Source: Octopus sinensis
Taxonomy: Eukaryota
Assembly: GCF_006345805.1 (NCBI RefSeq)
Contig: NC_043004.1
Location: 64,108,001 to 64,172,000, forward strand
Reading direction: 5' to 3'
DNA: 64,000 nucleotides
This document shows, piece by piece, positions 25,247 through 37,887 of the stretch. Both the position numbers and the translations under genes were made by a program. The stretch's first letter is position 1; the number at the start of each line of letters is the position of its first letter. Below the pieces are notes generated by a model. The model worked only from the letters and a program-made list of their open reading frames with translations, had not been told where the DNA came from and did not search any database.

Positions 25247-26753
25247 CATAGATTCCTACATAAATACAAATCTGCATACATATATATATAAAAATATATA
25301 TATACACATATAAATATATTTATATATATATATATATATATATATGTATACATGTATATGTGTTTGTATGTAGGCGTGTATGTGTATGTGTGCGTACGCG
25401 CGCGCGTGCCTGTGTGACAAGAAAGCCCTGTATTGCCTCCTTATCGCACGTACTCTTCTATCTCTCCCTTTATTCTTACAATTCTTCTGCTTTCTCTGTC
25501 CGACGTTTTCACCTCACACTGATCGTTCTTTTTTTTTCTTTCTATTTCCGCATCTCTCTTCCTTTGTTTGCATCATTTTACCTGGGTACCCATTCATCTC
25601 ATTATTGTTCCATCCATTTATCTCTTACAATCTATTTTTATTTTCGTTTTCCCCTTCCTAACCTTTTTGTCCTCCCTAAGACAGCTCTCTCCCTCTCTCG
25701 CTTGCTTTCACCCTCTCTTTGTCTTTTTCTCGACTGCCCGCTTCTATTTCCTTCTCTCACAAGGCATGACATAGCCTTAATTAACTGTTCCACTGATCAG
25801 CCATTTATCTAATTATTTATTTATTTAATTATTTATCTATTTCCTTTCCTGATTTGCATAATATTTCATAATTATTCCGAAGACCAGGGCACACAACTTT
25901 GCTTATTTCACTAAGTCGAAAGAGATTCTTTCTATACGTACATGTCTTCGTATCACCTTGTGTTTATTCTATACCTGGTCTTGTACACATGTTTGTTTCG
26001 TTTATTATATGTTTTTGCCCTGTTCTTTACATAACTTGTCTTATATACTGTTTTTGTCATCGTTCATCTATCATATCCACTTGTTTATACTCCAACGGCA
26101 TGTATGGCTGACACTATCAAAATGAATAATATTGTTGGAAGAGAACAAAATTGTGACGATAATTGGTTAACAACTGATGAGGTGTGGAGGGGGTGTGCAT
26201 CCGTTTGGTGAAACCTTTTCTATTTTCCCGTGTGTGTATCTATCTATCCACTATACTAGCCTTCAATTTAACATTCATAGATGACTAAAAAAACTTCACT
26301 GCAAACGTGAATTTGAAATTTTTTTCTAAAATTAACAAGACTTTCCCCCAGTTAAAAAGTACTATGCCTACTCATAATAATAAGTGAAAGATTTTCCCCC
26401 CTTTTTTCTCTAAATTACACTCTCTGTGAATGGGATTAGGACCATTTGACATTGACCTAGTTTCTCTCATCAAATAATAGTAATTGGCATTTATTAGTGG
26501 CAATTGCAGTCTTCAACATGAATTCCTTTTATGGAGTTCTGAAACCTCCTTTACCCCATTTATACAATTAAAAAATATTTATTGCTTCTAACCTTACAGC
26601 AGTCAGGAACAACCATATCTTAGTCAGTCAGTGGAAGGACTTCACTACCTCATATGTTCTTAAAATTTAAATCCACATCTTTGTCTGTATATCTACCTTC
26701 TCTATAATGTTGCCACTTGATTTGAACATTTTTGTATTAATGGAAAACCTATA

Positions 26754-26846
26754 TAATTGGCTGATGAGTACTCAGCATGTTAAATCTGTTGTAATACTTA
26801 CAACATTTAATAAAATGATGTAGTACGAAACGATCGTACCGAATTA
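26754..26846 (+). ncRNA. Type I hammerhead ribozyme with extended stem II
   Basis: taattgg-CTGATGA-gtact..tgttgtaa tac ttacaaca..agtac-GAAAC-gatc-GTA|ccgaatta; canonical G-C at the stem II base. Confidence 0.72.
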
Positions 26847-27049
26847 CCGGAGTCATTCTTGTTGCTTATTTTGATCATATATATATATACTCTCAATAAT
26901 AATAAAGGATAAAATAAATTAATTACTTTGTAATTAATAATTCCACCAAGTAAGGTTCAGCATGTTAAAAGGGCTATTTACGGTAAACTTAAACATTATG
27001 TTTTATAATTATGACTATAATTATAAACATAATATATATATATATATAT

Positions 27050-27166
27050 CACGTGATCACGTGACTGACCAGACCATCAGATGTTGTTACACATCGCTGG
27101 TCACAATGCGTTCGCATTGTTTTAGCCTTCGAATGACGCCACCCCGCTGGCTAAGCGAGCAGGCCA
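27050..27166 (-). mobile_element. SINE family C, 3' part
   Basis: Reverse complement of the aacaatgc..gcattgtgaccagcgatgtg tail seen at about 33170 and 63780. Confidence 0.75.
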
Positions 27167-27198
<32 letters not shown>

Positions 27199-27295
27199 TA
27201 TATTATATATATATATATATATTGGCAAACTTAGCTTGTTAGAAATTTTTTTAAGCGATGTAAGTAGTTACTATACTAATAAATAATAGCTCTTG

Positions 27296-27478
27296 TCGCT
27301 TTAATATGGCTGTTCTGTAGGAACCGACGTGACTACTATCTTTAACCCCCAGGAGGACCCTCCTTTCACTTATTATCGATGCAAGCGGGCGCATCGATAG
27401 CCAGCTGAAGGGGAATTCTCCTAAGGTTAAAAATGGTAGTAACGTCGGTTCCTACAGAATACTCATATTGACGTGACA
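27296..27478. repeat. Foldback hairpin / MITE-like
   Basis: Perfect 18-bp ttctgtaggaaccgacgt / acgtcggttcctacagaa, with pairing continuing inward to tatcgatgc/gcatcgata. Confidence 0.8.
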
Positions 27479-27556
27479 ATAAGCATTACTTAAATATATA
27501 TGTGTGTATGTGTGTGTGTTTGTGTGTGTGTGTGAGCGTATGCGTGTATGTGTATA

Positions 27557-28015
27557 CTAGCAGAGATACCCGGCGTTGCTCGGGATTAAAATGGCATGGT
27601 TTGTATATATATATATATATAACAGTTATGTTGAAACAGGTGAATCGGGAAAGTGCAGTATTGATGACAAAACATGCATGGAGTAAATGATGGTCTAATT
27701 CGACTAAGTGACATGTAATACGTCCGTTTTGAGGATTCCGGGCCTTAACCAAAACCTAATGTGATGTCATTGTCGTTGTGGTATAAAATGTCCTGTTGAC
27801 AATAGAAAGATTATCTCTGAAATTTCATATTGTTTTAATCGAAATGAAAGTAAATGAAAATAATCGAAATGAAAATAAAATTTCGTATTGACACTGACCG
27901 ACCCTCACTTACATATAGCATGTTTAATAACGTACCAAACGTGGAAAGACACACACACACTTGCGCTCACACACATACATTCACAGAGAGATACAAAGTC
28001 ATATACAAAATGTGA

Positions 28016-28047
<32 letters not shown>

Positions 28048-28609
28048 GTCGTCACGTATGTGTAGAAGTGTAGGGTTAATAACATACCTAACGTGGAAAG
28101 ATACACACAGTATAAGACATATACACACTCATACACTTAAATACCATCACGAATCGCCACATATGTATATGCATGTATATATATATGTGTGTGTGTGTGC
28201 GTGTGTGTATGTTTAATAACGTACCTAACGCGGAAATACACACTTACACACATGCAGCCACAGACAGATACACAGCCATACAGAAAATGTGATAGCGTTG
28301 CTGTCGTAGTATATAATGTCTTTTTGACAATAGAAAGATTATGTCTATGAAATGTTATGTTGTTTTAATCGAAATGAAAATAAAATTTCGTTTTGACACT
28401 GACCAAATCTCACATATATTTAGTGTGTTTAATGACGTACCTAACGTGGAACGACACACACTGTGAGACATATACACACTCATACACTCACATACATTCA
28501 CAGACAGATACACACTCATACAAAATGTGACATCATCGTTGTCATCGTTGTGGATAGAATTAAAAGTAATAGTATAAAAGTGAAACAATATATCACATTA
28601 CAATATAGA
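27557..28609 (-). mobile_element. Non-autonomous Helitron
   Basis: Minus strand reads A|TCTATATTG...cccgagcaacgccggg hairpin-tatctctg-CTAG|T, inserted between A and T. Internal diverged repeats. Confidence 0.8.
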
Positions 28610-29330
28610 TTTTATTCTTTTACTTTTATTCTTTGACTTTTTACACGTAATACCGAAACAGTGCCAATGTTGCATTGTTTTAATCCAAATGACAACAGAA
28701 ATTACACGCTAACACTCACGGTGTCTGATAGTATTACCATGTGAAATTTGATTTGATTTGGTTGAGCCGTTTCAAAATGCATTGGGGACAGAGAGAAAGA
28801 CAAAGGAGTATATATATATTTGTATTATATATATATAAATCAGCAGGTTTGTAATATAAACTTTATCAATGTTATATAATGCATGATTTTGTTAAACGCT
28901 TCTGAAGTAAGGTATGTTTGTTTTTTTTTTTAACAGATACATCTTTAAAGGGACTTTCTCTGGATAATGCACCGCAGCCTATAAGCATTTAACAAACAAC
29001 AGTAATTAAGTATGTAACATTTAAACTCTGTTTTATTTGTGCGGTGCTGTTCCACGTGAGCAAATAGAGTTTACGTTCCCTCTACGCAATTCGAGTCATC
29101 GACTTAAATGTGTTCCGATGGTGAATCGTGCATAAAGCACAGATAACCAGAAATAACTGCGAAATGTCAATAACTGTCGTTCTCGTTCACCTTCAGAGCG
29201 GCGCGGTTCGCCTGGATTTGAATTATGCTCTGCTTTTTAACACACCGTTTTAAAAGAGACCTTCCTTGAAAGAAATACTGCAGCCTGAAAGCGTTTAACA
29301 ATACACACACGCTAAGTATGTAATACTGAT

Positions 29331-29407
<77 letters not shown>

Positions 29408-29523
29408 TCTGTGTGTGTGTGTGTGTTGTAAATATATATATACATATATATCTATGTATATGTATTATGTATATGTGTGTTATGTGTTTAGATAAATAAA
29501 TATTTATAATAATATATATATAT

Positions 29524-29568
<45 letters not shown>

Positions 29569-31423
29569 TTTATATATATACATATATATACACACATACA
29601 TATATATATGTATATGTTATATATAATATATTATATATGTATATATATGAAAACATACATATATATGTGTGTGTGGTATTCAGTAATTGCCCCAACACGC
29701 TGCACTCCGAGTTCTATTTGTATTGATATCACCTGTACCGTTCATCTATTTGATACCAATATGTGAAACTGCCTTGTTTTCAATGTAACGTAAGTAAAAT
29801 TTGCCGAATTTCATTTTTATGTGTTTTAAAAACTAGTCTATTAGATACCGGCCATGCCTACCATTGCCTCTTGTTTTCCATAATAATTTTACACTTTAGT
29901 ATATCAGTCTCTATACACTTCACATAAAAATATTTTGAGCGTTTTTATGCTTGTGTACTGCAATGTATAAAAAAGACAAAAGTCACAATAACATGCATAC
30001 ACATATATACGTATGCATTTATGTACGTATGTTTGTGCATGTGTGTATGTGTGTGAATATAATCTAAATTTGGTATTTATGATTGGTCTGTGTGTATACG
30101 TTTATGCAAAGCTCATTTGTTTGACCCATAAATATAAGATCAACACCCCACTGATGCAAAGAGATGTACTATTCTTGCTGTTTTTAATCTACTTCAACTA
30201 CAAACGTTTCTCCTCTGAAGTTGGTAGTCTGATATCGCGCTTGACATTGTCCACCTGTCATCTGAGGTTCTTCGTTATTCTTAACGTATCTCACCACGTA
30301 AATTCTACACTTGATATTACCCAAAGGTTCTATCCTTAACTGCCACCCGTTCATATTATTAGCCAAAGAGGGTATCTCAATGTTATCCTCCGATTTGCGA
30401 GAATCAGCAGCCAAATCTGCCTCAAATCACACCCTCTTGAGAAAGAAACAGGACACAGTAGATAATATAAGTATACATATTTTAAAAAAGAAAATGTGGT
30501 CGTGGGTGATATGCCTTGAAGTTATAAAAAAGGCAATTCATCCAACCGCAACGCCAACCACCTAACGTCGGAACTGAACTTCGACTAAACGTTTGTGCCC
30601 CCTAGCACATCCATACACTTTTCCCACTATCAAACCAATAATTGTTTCACCTTTACACAAGAGACTCAGCTATTTTGAGAGAAAGCGGTAAATCGGTACC
30701 ATCAACCTTCTGGAGTCAATAAAATACGGTATTATGTAAGTTTCTATAATCTCTGAATACCAGGAGGATGAAAGACATTTGAACGCAGAATGTAAAGAGA
30801 AATATTGCATGGGGTTTTGGCCACCTCTCTAGCCATTGTGCCAGCTCGCATGCTAATAATAAAACCAGCTTCAAGAACTTTGCTTTCCGTTTCTCTCCGA
30901 CTAGTCTAAGTTTGTGTATTGGAAAAGCTGTTAGAGGGTCGAATAGATCACTTAGCTGTGTTTGGTTTGAACTTCTGAGTTGAGCTCAAATTCTGTGAAG
31001 ATCAATTGTAACAGCCAACCTTTCGGTGTCGATAGTTCAGTAGAAAGAAGAATCTATTCACTCAATTCTTCATTCTGTCTTTTACTCAGGAATAAGATAT
31101 GGTTATATTGCAAGAGAGCTCTTATTGTATGCCACGACGATGTCCCTTAATTTCTATCGAGATTTCGAAGAAGGAAAACTGAAATCAGCTAATCTGTGAA
31201 TAAATATCAAAAAGCTTCACTAATCAACCGATGTAGTACAGCGGCAAAGCAGTTAATTTTAAGGTAACTGTACCATATTCGGATTTTCATTTTGTGACCC
31301 AGTCTGTTATTCCAACTATTGTGAGTTATTTTACATACTGTGAGGATTATGATAATAGTCCAAACATTTTTGTCAAATTATAGTCATTTTGTAAATAATT
31401 TACACAACTTTACAATATAAATA

Positions 31424-31620
31424 CAGGCATGGTTGCGTGGCAAGAAATTTGCTTCCCAATTACATGGTTCTGTGTTCAGTCCCGCAGTTGACACCTTGGA
31501 TACATGTCTTCTATTATAGATCAAGACCAAACAGTTTTGTATATGGATTGAGTAGACAGAAAGTGAAAGATGCCCGTCGTATACATACATATATGTTGTG
31601 TGTGTGTGTGTGTGTGTGTG
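31424..31620 (+). mobile_element. SINE family A, diverged
   Basis: ggcatggttgcgtggcaag..gttcagtcccgcag..gacagaaagtgaaagatgcccgtcgta. Confidence 0.7.
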
Positions 31621-31769
31621 TGGTTTTTTTGTTTTTTTTTAATGTGTACAAATAACACGGAAAAAATAAATAAATAGTTACCAGGGTAGTAAAGAATTCA
31701 CATAAGTACCAAGGATGTTACAATCTACTTATAAAGGTACAAATTCCAAGGTTTAGTGAAATGATTTTG

Positions 31770-32750
31770 TATGACAGATAAATAAAGAAATGAAGTTAAA
31801 CGCAGGTAATATTCAAATCTTTATTCTCTCTTCGCATAACAATACGTTGTTAAATACAAATCCACTTAATGAAAATAATAACATTGATGATATTATCAAC
31901 ACCAACCATTCTTTGAACAATAATAACAATATTAGTATTTCTGATATAAATTCCAATCATATTCGTTTCCTTAGCAGTAATTGTAAGACTAGAAACTCTG
32001 TATATCAATGTAAAATTACTTCTGATTCTGATGTCTTTTTTAGATAGGTAGTTCTTTATCTCAGTTGTCCCAAAGAATATCTAACTTTTACTCTACATTT
32101 AGACATATCAATAAACGCAACAATACAGGGCTTAGTAAATTAATTTGGTCTCTGAAGGAACATAAAAAACAATTTGATTTGTAATGGAATATGCTATCAA
32201 TATGATAAAGGTAAATCTTCTTGTCCGCTCTGTATCGCAGAGAATTCTCTTGTAAACACGTTTAAAGAACGAGTTTATCGCTGCACACATTGGTAAAAAC
32301 ATACCTTTAGTTCATATCAGTAATTTCTACCAATCTATAAAATTCTGCCTTTAACTGTCTTCTTACATTTCATTTCCACTAAAGATATCTCTTTCCACGT
32401 CTTTAAGCTTTAATTCCATTCATCTATCGCACTATATTTCTCCAATCTTGGTTTTCTGCTATTGTTGCTTTCTTTTTCCTCCTTCTCTTTCTCTAAATTG
32501 CATTTGACGTTAAATCTATTAACGGTTTTCATATAAATAACTTTCAAGCGTTCACTTCATAATATACGCGGTCATCAGATTCGGTTAAAATGCCTTATTA
32601 ATGTGTTTTGTTTCTCTTTTTTCTCCTGATGAGAACATTGCATTGCTTTACATCATCTTATTCCCTTTGAAATAATACTTCGAACATATGTCGGAAGTAT
32701 AAGTATTTGAATAACACCTGCGTTTAACTCCATTTCTTTATTTATCTATA
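31770..32750 (+). pseudogene. Penelope-like element 3' remnant (GIY-YIG region and tail)
   Basis: CKTRNSVYQCKI; TGLSKLIWSLKE; CPLCIAE; RCTH, collinear with the C-terminus of the 37888-40007 ORF. Decayed HHR at 32621-32697. Confidence 0.75.
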
Positions 32751-32770
32751 TGGACAAATATATATATCTA

Positions 32771-32844
<74 letters not shown>

Positions 32845-32928
32845 TATATATATATACATATAATATAGATATAATATATATATATTTATATGTATATTAT
32901 ATAATATATGCGTGTGGGTGTGTCTATG

Positions 32929-32978
<50 letters not shown>

Positions 32979-32980
<2 letters not shown>

Positions 32981-33230
32981 GGTGTGGCTTAGTGGTTAGG
33001 ATGCTGCATTCTCGATCTCTAGATCGTAGGTTCACTTCTCTGATTGGGCGGCGCGTTGTGTTCTTCAGCAAAACTCTATTTCGCATTGCTCCAGTCCCCT
33101 TTAGGTCAGGGGTGGTAGGTTGTTGGCCTGTTCGCCTAGCCAGCAGCATGGCGTCATTTGAAGGCTAAAACAATGCAAAAGCGCATTGTGACAAGCGATG
33201 TGTCACAAGATCTGATAGCCACATGATAAC
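32979..33230 (+). mobile_element. tRNA-derived SINE, family C
   Basis: gggtgtggcttagtggttagg head, gttgtgttcttcagcaa..ttgctccagtcc core, gcattgtgacaagcgatg tail. Confidence 0.8.
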
Positions 33231-34129
33231 GCGATGTGTGTGTTTGTGTATGTGCGTTTGTTTGTTTGCTTATTTATTTAGCTGTTCAGCAAAAAGAATA
33301 AGTATCAGGTTTTAAAATAAGTAATGGGGTTGATTTGTTTGATGCCACCCTTCAGTGTCCCATGCAGTCTAATAAATGAAACAAGTAAAAGAATAGATTA
33401 CCTTTTTTAATATTCAACTTCACTTTTGTATTTCGTTTACAAGATTCTTGACGTGAAATTGAGTGTTGAATCATCTTTTGTTGTGTCTAGGTCGGGTCAT
33501 TGTACCAACAATAAACATGCACTTTTACTATTTCACTTCTTTTAATATTATTAGTCATCTAGTTAATCATTTAACCAATTAAATGATTGATTGTTTGAGT
33601 GACCTTTCGGGTCAATCAGTCATCTGTGTTTGTTATAGTCCTTTCATCGTCATTCTCGACTTCATCAATGATATGTTCTCTCTACTCCATATCTGCTTCA
33701 AATGTGTCTGCGTAACTCAAGCCTGAGCTATGTCATTGATGACGTCACGAATAGTGACGAAAGTACTTTGACAGACCTATTTGATTCATTGCTCAAACTA
33801 TTAACCAAACAATCTGAGTCGCAAACGATTCTGCTCGCCCACCCGTCCATTAGCCAAACAATCGTTTGTCTAATCGGTTAAATATTAACGAATTGATTAC
33901 TAATAATGAAAGAAGTTAAATAGAAACAGTGCATGTGTTTATCATTGACGTAATGACCCTCACGAGATACAACAAAATTTAATATTTAACAGCTTAATAA
34001 AAAATATATCTAACAAAGACTTCTAACAAAATATCGCCAAATTAACCTTTACTTGCTGACATAAAATTTGAAGCCGCTTCTTTTTCTTTTTTTGTCAGCT
34101 AATCTAATCATGGTTCAAACAGTACCATA

Positions 34130-35640
34130 TGCAAAAGATAATTAATGTTCATGCTGTTTCTGTGTTTTGTTTTAATAACACTCATGGATGAGAAAACAGT
34201 TTCACAGACTTATCTTGAAATTGAAAGAAATAATCGAAATGCTCTCAGAGGAATCTCAGTAAGCTTAAGTTATTCTGTTTTAACTTTTATTCAAAAAGAA
34301 CCAAAGTTAAGTGCGGGTGTCGAAGTACATTTTTATTCATTTGTCAGTTGGCAGCTACAACAATTTTATGTGCCATATTGATTCTTATGTCAATAACATG
34401 AACGAATTTCGGATCCAGCCATTTGTTTTCCAAGGGTAATCTGTTAAGAAGTAATGTTTCGAAAGGATATAACTTTAATGACTTCCCTGACATCAGTGGT
34501 AACTACGGATAGCAGATGAAACTATAACAATCTGTTGACACACAAATTTTCCATGATTTTAGATCATTTTTTTAGTTCAAACCTGTCTGTCACTGTTAAA
34601 CACGAAGTTATCTCTCTCTGTATTGAAATGTTGAGATCATTAATGATACCTCAGATAGCCGAAAAGAAAAATGATAGATAGGTAGCCAATTTACATCTGG
34701 AAATAATGGTTACTGATCCAGATGTCTAGACAGTTTACTCACTCACTTGGTTGCTCAAATACTCTTGGTAGGATTTTTACATTTCATAACAAAGTTAGGT
34801 CGGCATTTAATAGTTGTTTATATTCTGTATCCACATCATCATATAACAGTGAAGGTGTAAATAGTCTTGAATTTAACTCGTTATCTTTTACATGGTCACA
34901 AATTTTACAACCTCGCTTATTACACACTTTTTCCTTTCTTTTTCCAAAGCATTTTCGACCAAAGAAATTATCAATTTGCATTCTACAACGTGCTCAAAAC
35001 GTCTCTCCGTAGTAAGTATTTTATTGCAAAATAAATATCGATAAGACGGTAATAAGACTAGAAAAGAATATATAAAACTTTTAAAAACTTTATAAGAGGT
35101 GTTGAAAATGTCGTCCTTCATTTTCAATACATAAGTTGACTCTTCTACACATATTTTGAAATACGTCTTGGACAAAATAATTCACTGTGGAGAGACTTTT
35201 CGAGCACCCTGTAGGATAAGCGCCTTGATTTGAATAGCCACAAATAATTTGCCGCCCTATCATTACATTAATGCAATTAGAACATACACAAAATTTAGAT
35301 CCTGCACGCATTTCTAAATGATGTAGTCATGCACACACATGAACGGCTCAGAACAGGTTTTTGTTGGTTATAAAGTTGGGGAAAATTGTTTTTTGAAATC
35401 ACCCAAGGTTCGAATTTTCACATTCATTACGATAACCATATTATTAACGGTTGTTCTTTGATAAAACAGCAAAAGAAAATACTTCGCGAGTTTAGCATGT
35501 TTTGTATGTTGGTCTTCCATAGTGCTTGTCAGATTTTGATTCGTCGAGCTCTGGTGCAATTTAAAATGGTACTTGAGCTAATTTTTTTACTGCCTCTCAC
35601 CCAATATTTTCATGAGTCATTCTCGCCTGATGTATGATTG
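34130..35640 (-). pseudogene. hAT (Charlie/Buster-like) transposase remnant
   Basis: HVKDNELNSRLF..YDDVDTEYKQLL..KILPRVFE and INDLNISIQ resemble HVKANALNSRLF..DxEHKQLLLHxEVRWLSRGKVLxRxFE. Upstream boundary is approximate. Confidence 0.72.
34984..35213 (-). mobile_element. Tc1/mariner-derived MITE nested in the hAT remnant
   Basis: 30-bp imperfect TIRs tacaacgtgctcaaaacgtctctccgtagt / actgtggagagacttttcgagcaccctgta with TA ends; retains a transposase C-terminus (VNLCIENEGRHFQHLL*). Confidence 0.8.
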
Positions 35641-36599
35641 TTAGAAACAAATTGTGAAATATCTAAGCTGTTAATCTTGAACATTTACGAGCTTTCCATT
35701 AGTTGATTTTTTACAGTAAAGTTTAACTACCCACGCCAGAATTATATATTCAAAATTTTTACCTGCAGTATATGTTGAATATTTTGAAAATGATCCATAA
35801 AGTGTGACGTATGTGACATCGTACAAAATAAACTCTTCCAACAAAAAATGCTCCAGAACAACATAAAATTCTCATGATGTTTATTTGTATTTACCTTGAA
35901 TTTTCAAATAATGCTAAAGGGTTTACAGGAAAACAAAGTCTGGGGACATAATTCACTTTTACCCGATGTGATATGCATAACAAAAATGGATTTGACATTC
36001 TGGAGGAAATTGTTGTAATATTGATATCTGATATTGGTATGTAAAATGAACTGTTGCAACATAACTTACAACTTACTTAGACATCCTAAACATTTTTGAA
36101 AGCCCATTTTAGTTTAAATTTCATTAAGATGCCACCATGCGGAGGTTTAACACTACAGTATGAGCGTTATTTTAGCCTTAGCAACCTATTTTATAGAATG
36201 TCCATAATCTGAAATAACAGTGTGTAGATGTCAAAAATATGTCTCGGATGACCTTTTAAATCAATATGTTAATTTCAAAGAACTCTTTTAGCTTCGCAAA
36301 CATTTCCGTGGTATGTAGCAAAATGAAACTTAAAGTTTCGTGGTTTCATTAATTATTATTCACATAACTCCACAAATCACAGGCTGCAGTTTAGGATCTG
36401 ATTCAGAATATTTCTGGTAGCATAAGCTATTTGAATGAATCTATATATGAGAAGTCATATTATCGAGTATAGTTTGTGCAATTGCTGTCGTCTGTGCTTA
36501 TTGGCATCTGATTCAGAATGGGTTATATGTGCAAGCGGTTTCATGTCTCGGTTCATAATAATGCCCATTGGACCCTTCAAATTACGAATACATATATAT

Positions 36600-36674
<75 letters not shown>

Positions 36675-36713
36675 TATATATATATATATATATTATATAT
36701 ATATATATATATA

Positions 36714-36880
36714 GGCGCAGGAGTGGCTGTGTGGTAAGTAGCTTGTCTACCAACCACATGGTTCCGGGTTCAGTCCCACTGCGTGGCACCTTGGGCAAGT
36801 GTCTTCTACTATAGCCTCGGACTGACCAAAGCCTTGTGAGTGGATTTGGTAGACGGAAACTGAAAGAAGCCCGTCGTATA
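36714..36880 (+). mobile_element. SINE family A, 5' part, near consensus
   Basis: ggcgcaggagtggctgtgtggtaag..aaagaagcccgtcgta. Confidence 0.9.
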
Positions 36881-37887
36881 TATGTATATATATATACGAC
36901 GAACCCTGCGATTCACATACGCAAAAACGAAACCAATCTCTTACCGTTAATGATGAACATGTTTCTAGATCACAAGCACGAAAATAGCTTGATTTCCTTT
37001 ATCAACACCATATTCCGGTAAATAATTGTTGGTTATATGAAAAACCACTGAAAAATTATTTACCATTTTTATTGTATTACCATGTGGACTTCTTATTCCA
37101 TTGCGATCGGCCAGGCGGCGCACACGGCAGAATTTTTGGAGGGAAAATTTACGTTCTCAGTCATTACTAGTTTTAACATATGCACACCTCCCCCCACTAT
37201 CTGATGTCCCTTGATCAGAAGTGAGGGCTTGTGGCATTTGCTAAATCTATCGAATATGGTGTTGATAAAGGAAATCAAGCTATTTTCGTGCTTGTGATCT
37301 AGGAAACTGTTCATCATTAACGGTAAGAGATTGGTTTCGTTTATTTGCTACTCCGTTTTTTTGCGTATGTGAATCGCAGGGTTCGTCGTATTTGGAGAAT
37401 CCACTTATAGAAAATGGAAAAAACAGTCTTTGACTGCCATTTCTAATTCCTCCGGTATGCGGCGAGGCAGCCTGCTGCCCGCCCTTTAATTATTTTCACT
37501 ATATACTGAAATTTCAGAAGTCCTGACGATGAATTTGTCATATTTACATACCGGAATTTTACCGGTAAATAATTGTTGGTTATATGAAAAACCACTGAAA
37601 AATTATTTACCATTTTTATTGTATTACCATGTGGACTTCTTATTCCATTGCGATCGGCCAGGCGGCGCACACGGCAGAATTTTTGGAGGGGAAATTTACG
37701 TTCTCAGTCATTACTTAGTTTTAACATATGCACACCTCCCCCCACTATCTGATGTCGCTTGGTCAGAAGTGAGGGCTTGTGGCATTTGCTAAATCTATCG
37801 AATATGGTGTTGATAAAGGAAATCAAGCTATTTTCGTGCTTATCGCCTAACATCGGTTGAGGACTCTCACAAACAAAAGAATCTAAT

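Noticed and set aside
26174-26215. CTGATGA followed by GAAAC
   Set aside because: No stem I, stem II or UH-bearing stem III pairing.
29167-29285. Possible minus-strand exon (..IQIQANRAALKVNENDSY*)
   Set aside because: AG and GT sites exist but there is no homology or partner exon.
30184-30414. 76-aa non-repetitive minus-strand ORF
   Set aside because: No recognisable homology and an in-frame stop just upstream; not supportable as an exon.
36714-36785. tRNA-like sequences with A and B boxes
   Set aside because: These are SINE heads continuing into SINE bodies, not tRNA genes.
37523-37640. CTGACGA with a possible gaagtc/gacttc stem I upstream of the PLE ORF
   Set aside because: The cleavage triplet would be GUG and no credible stem III forms.
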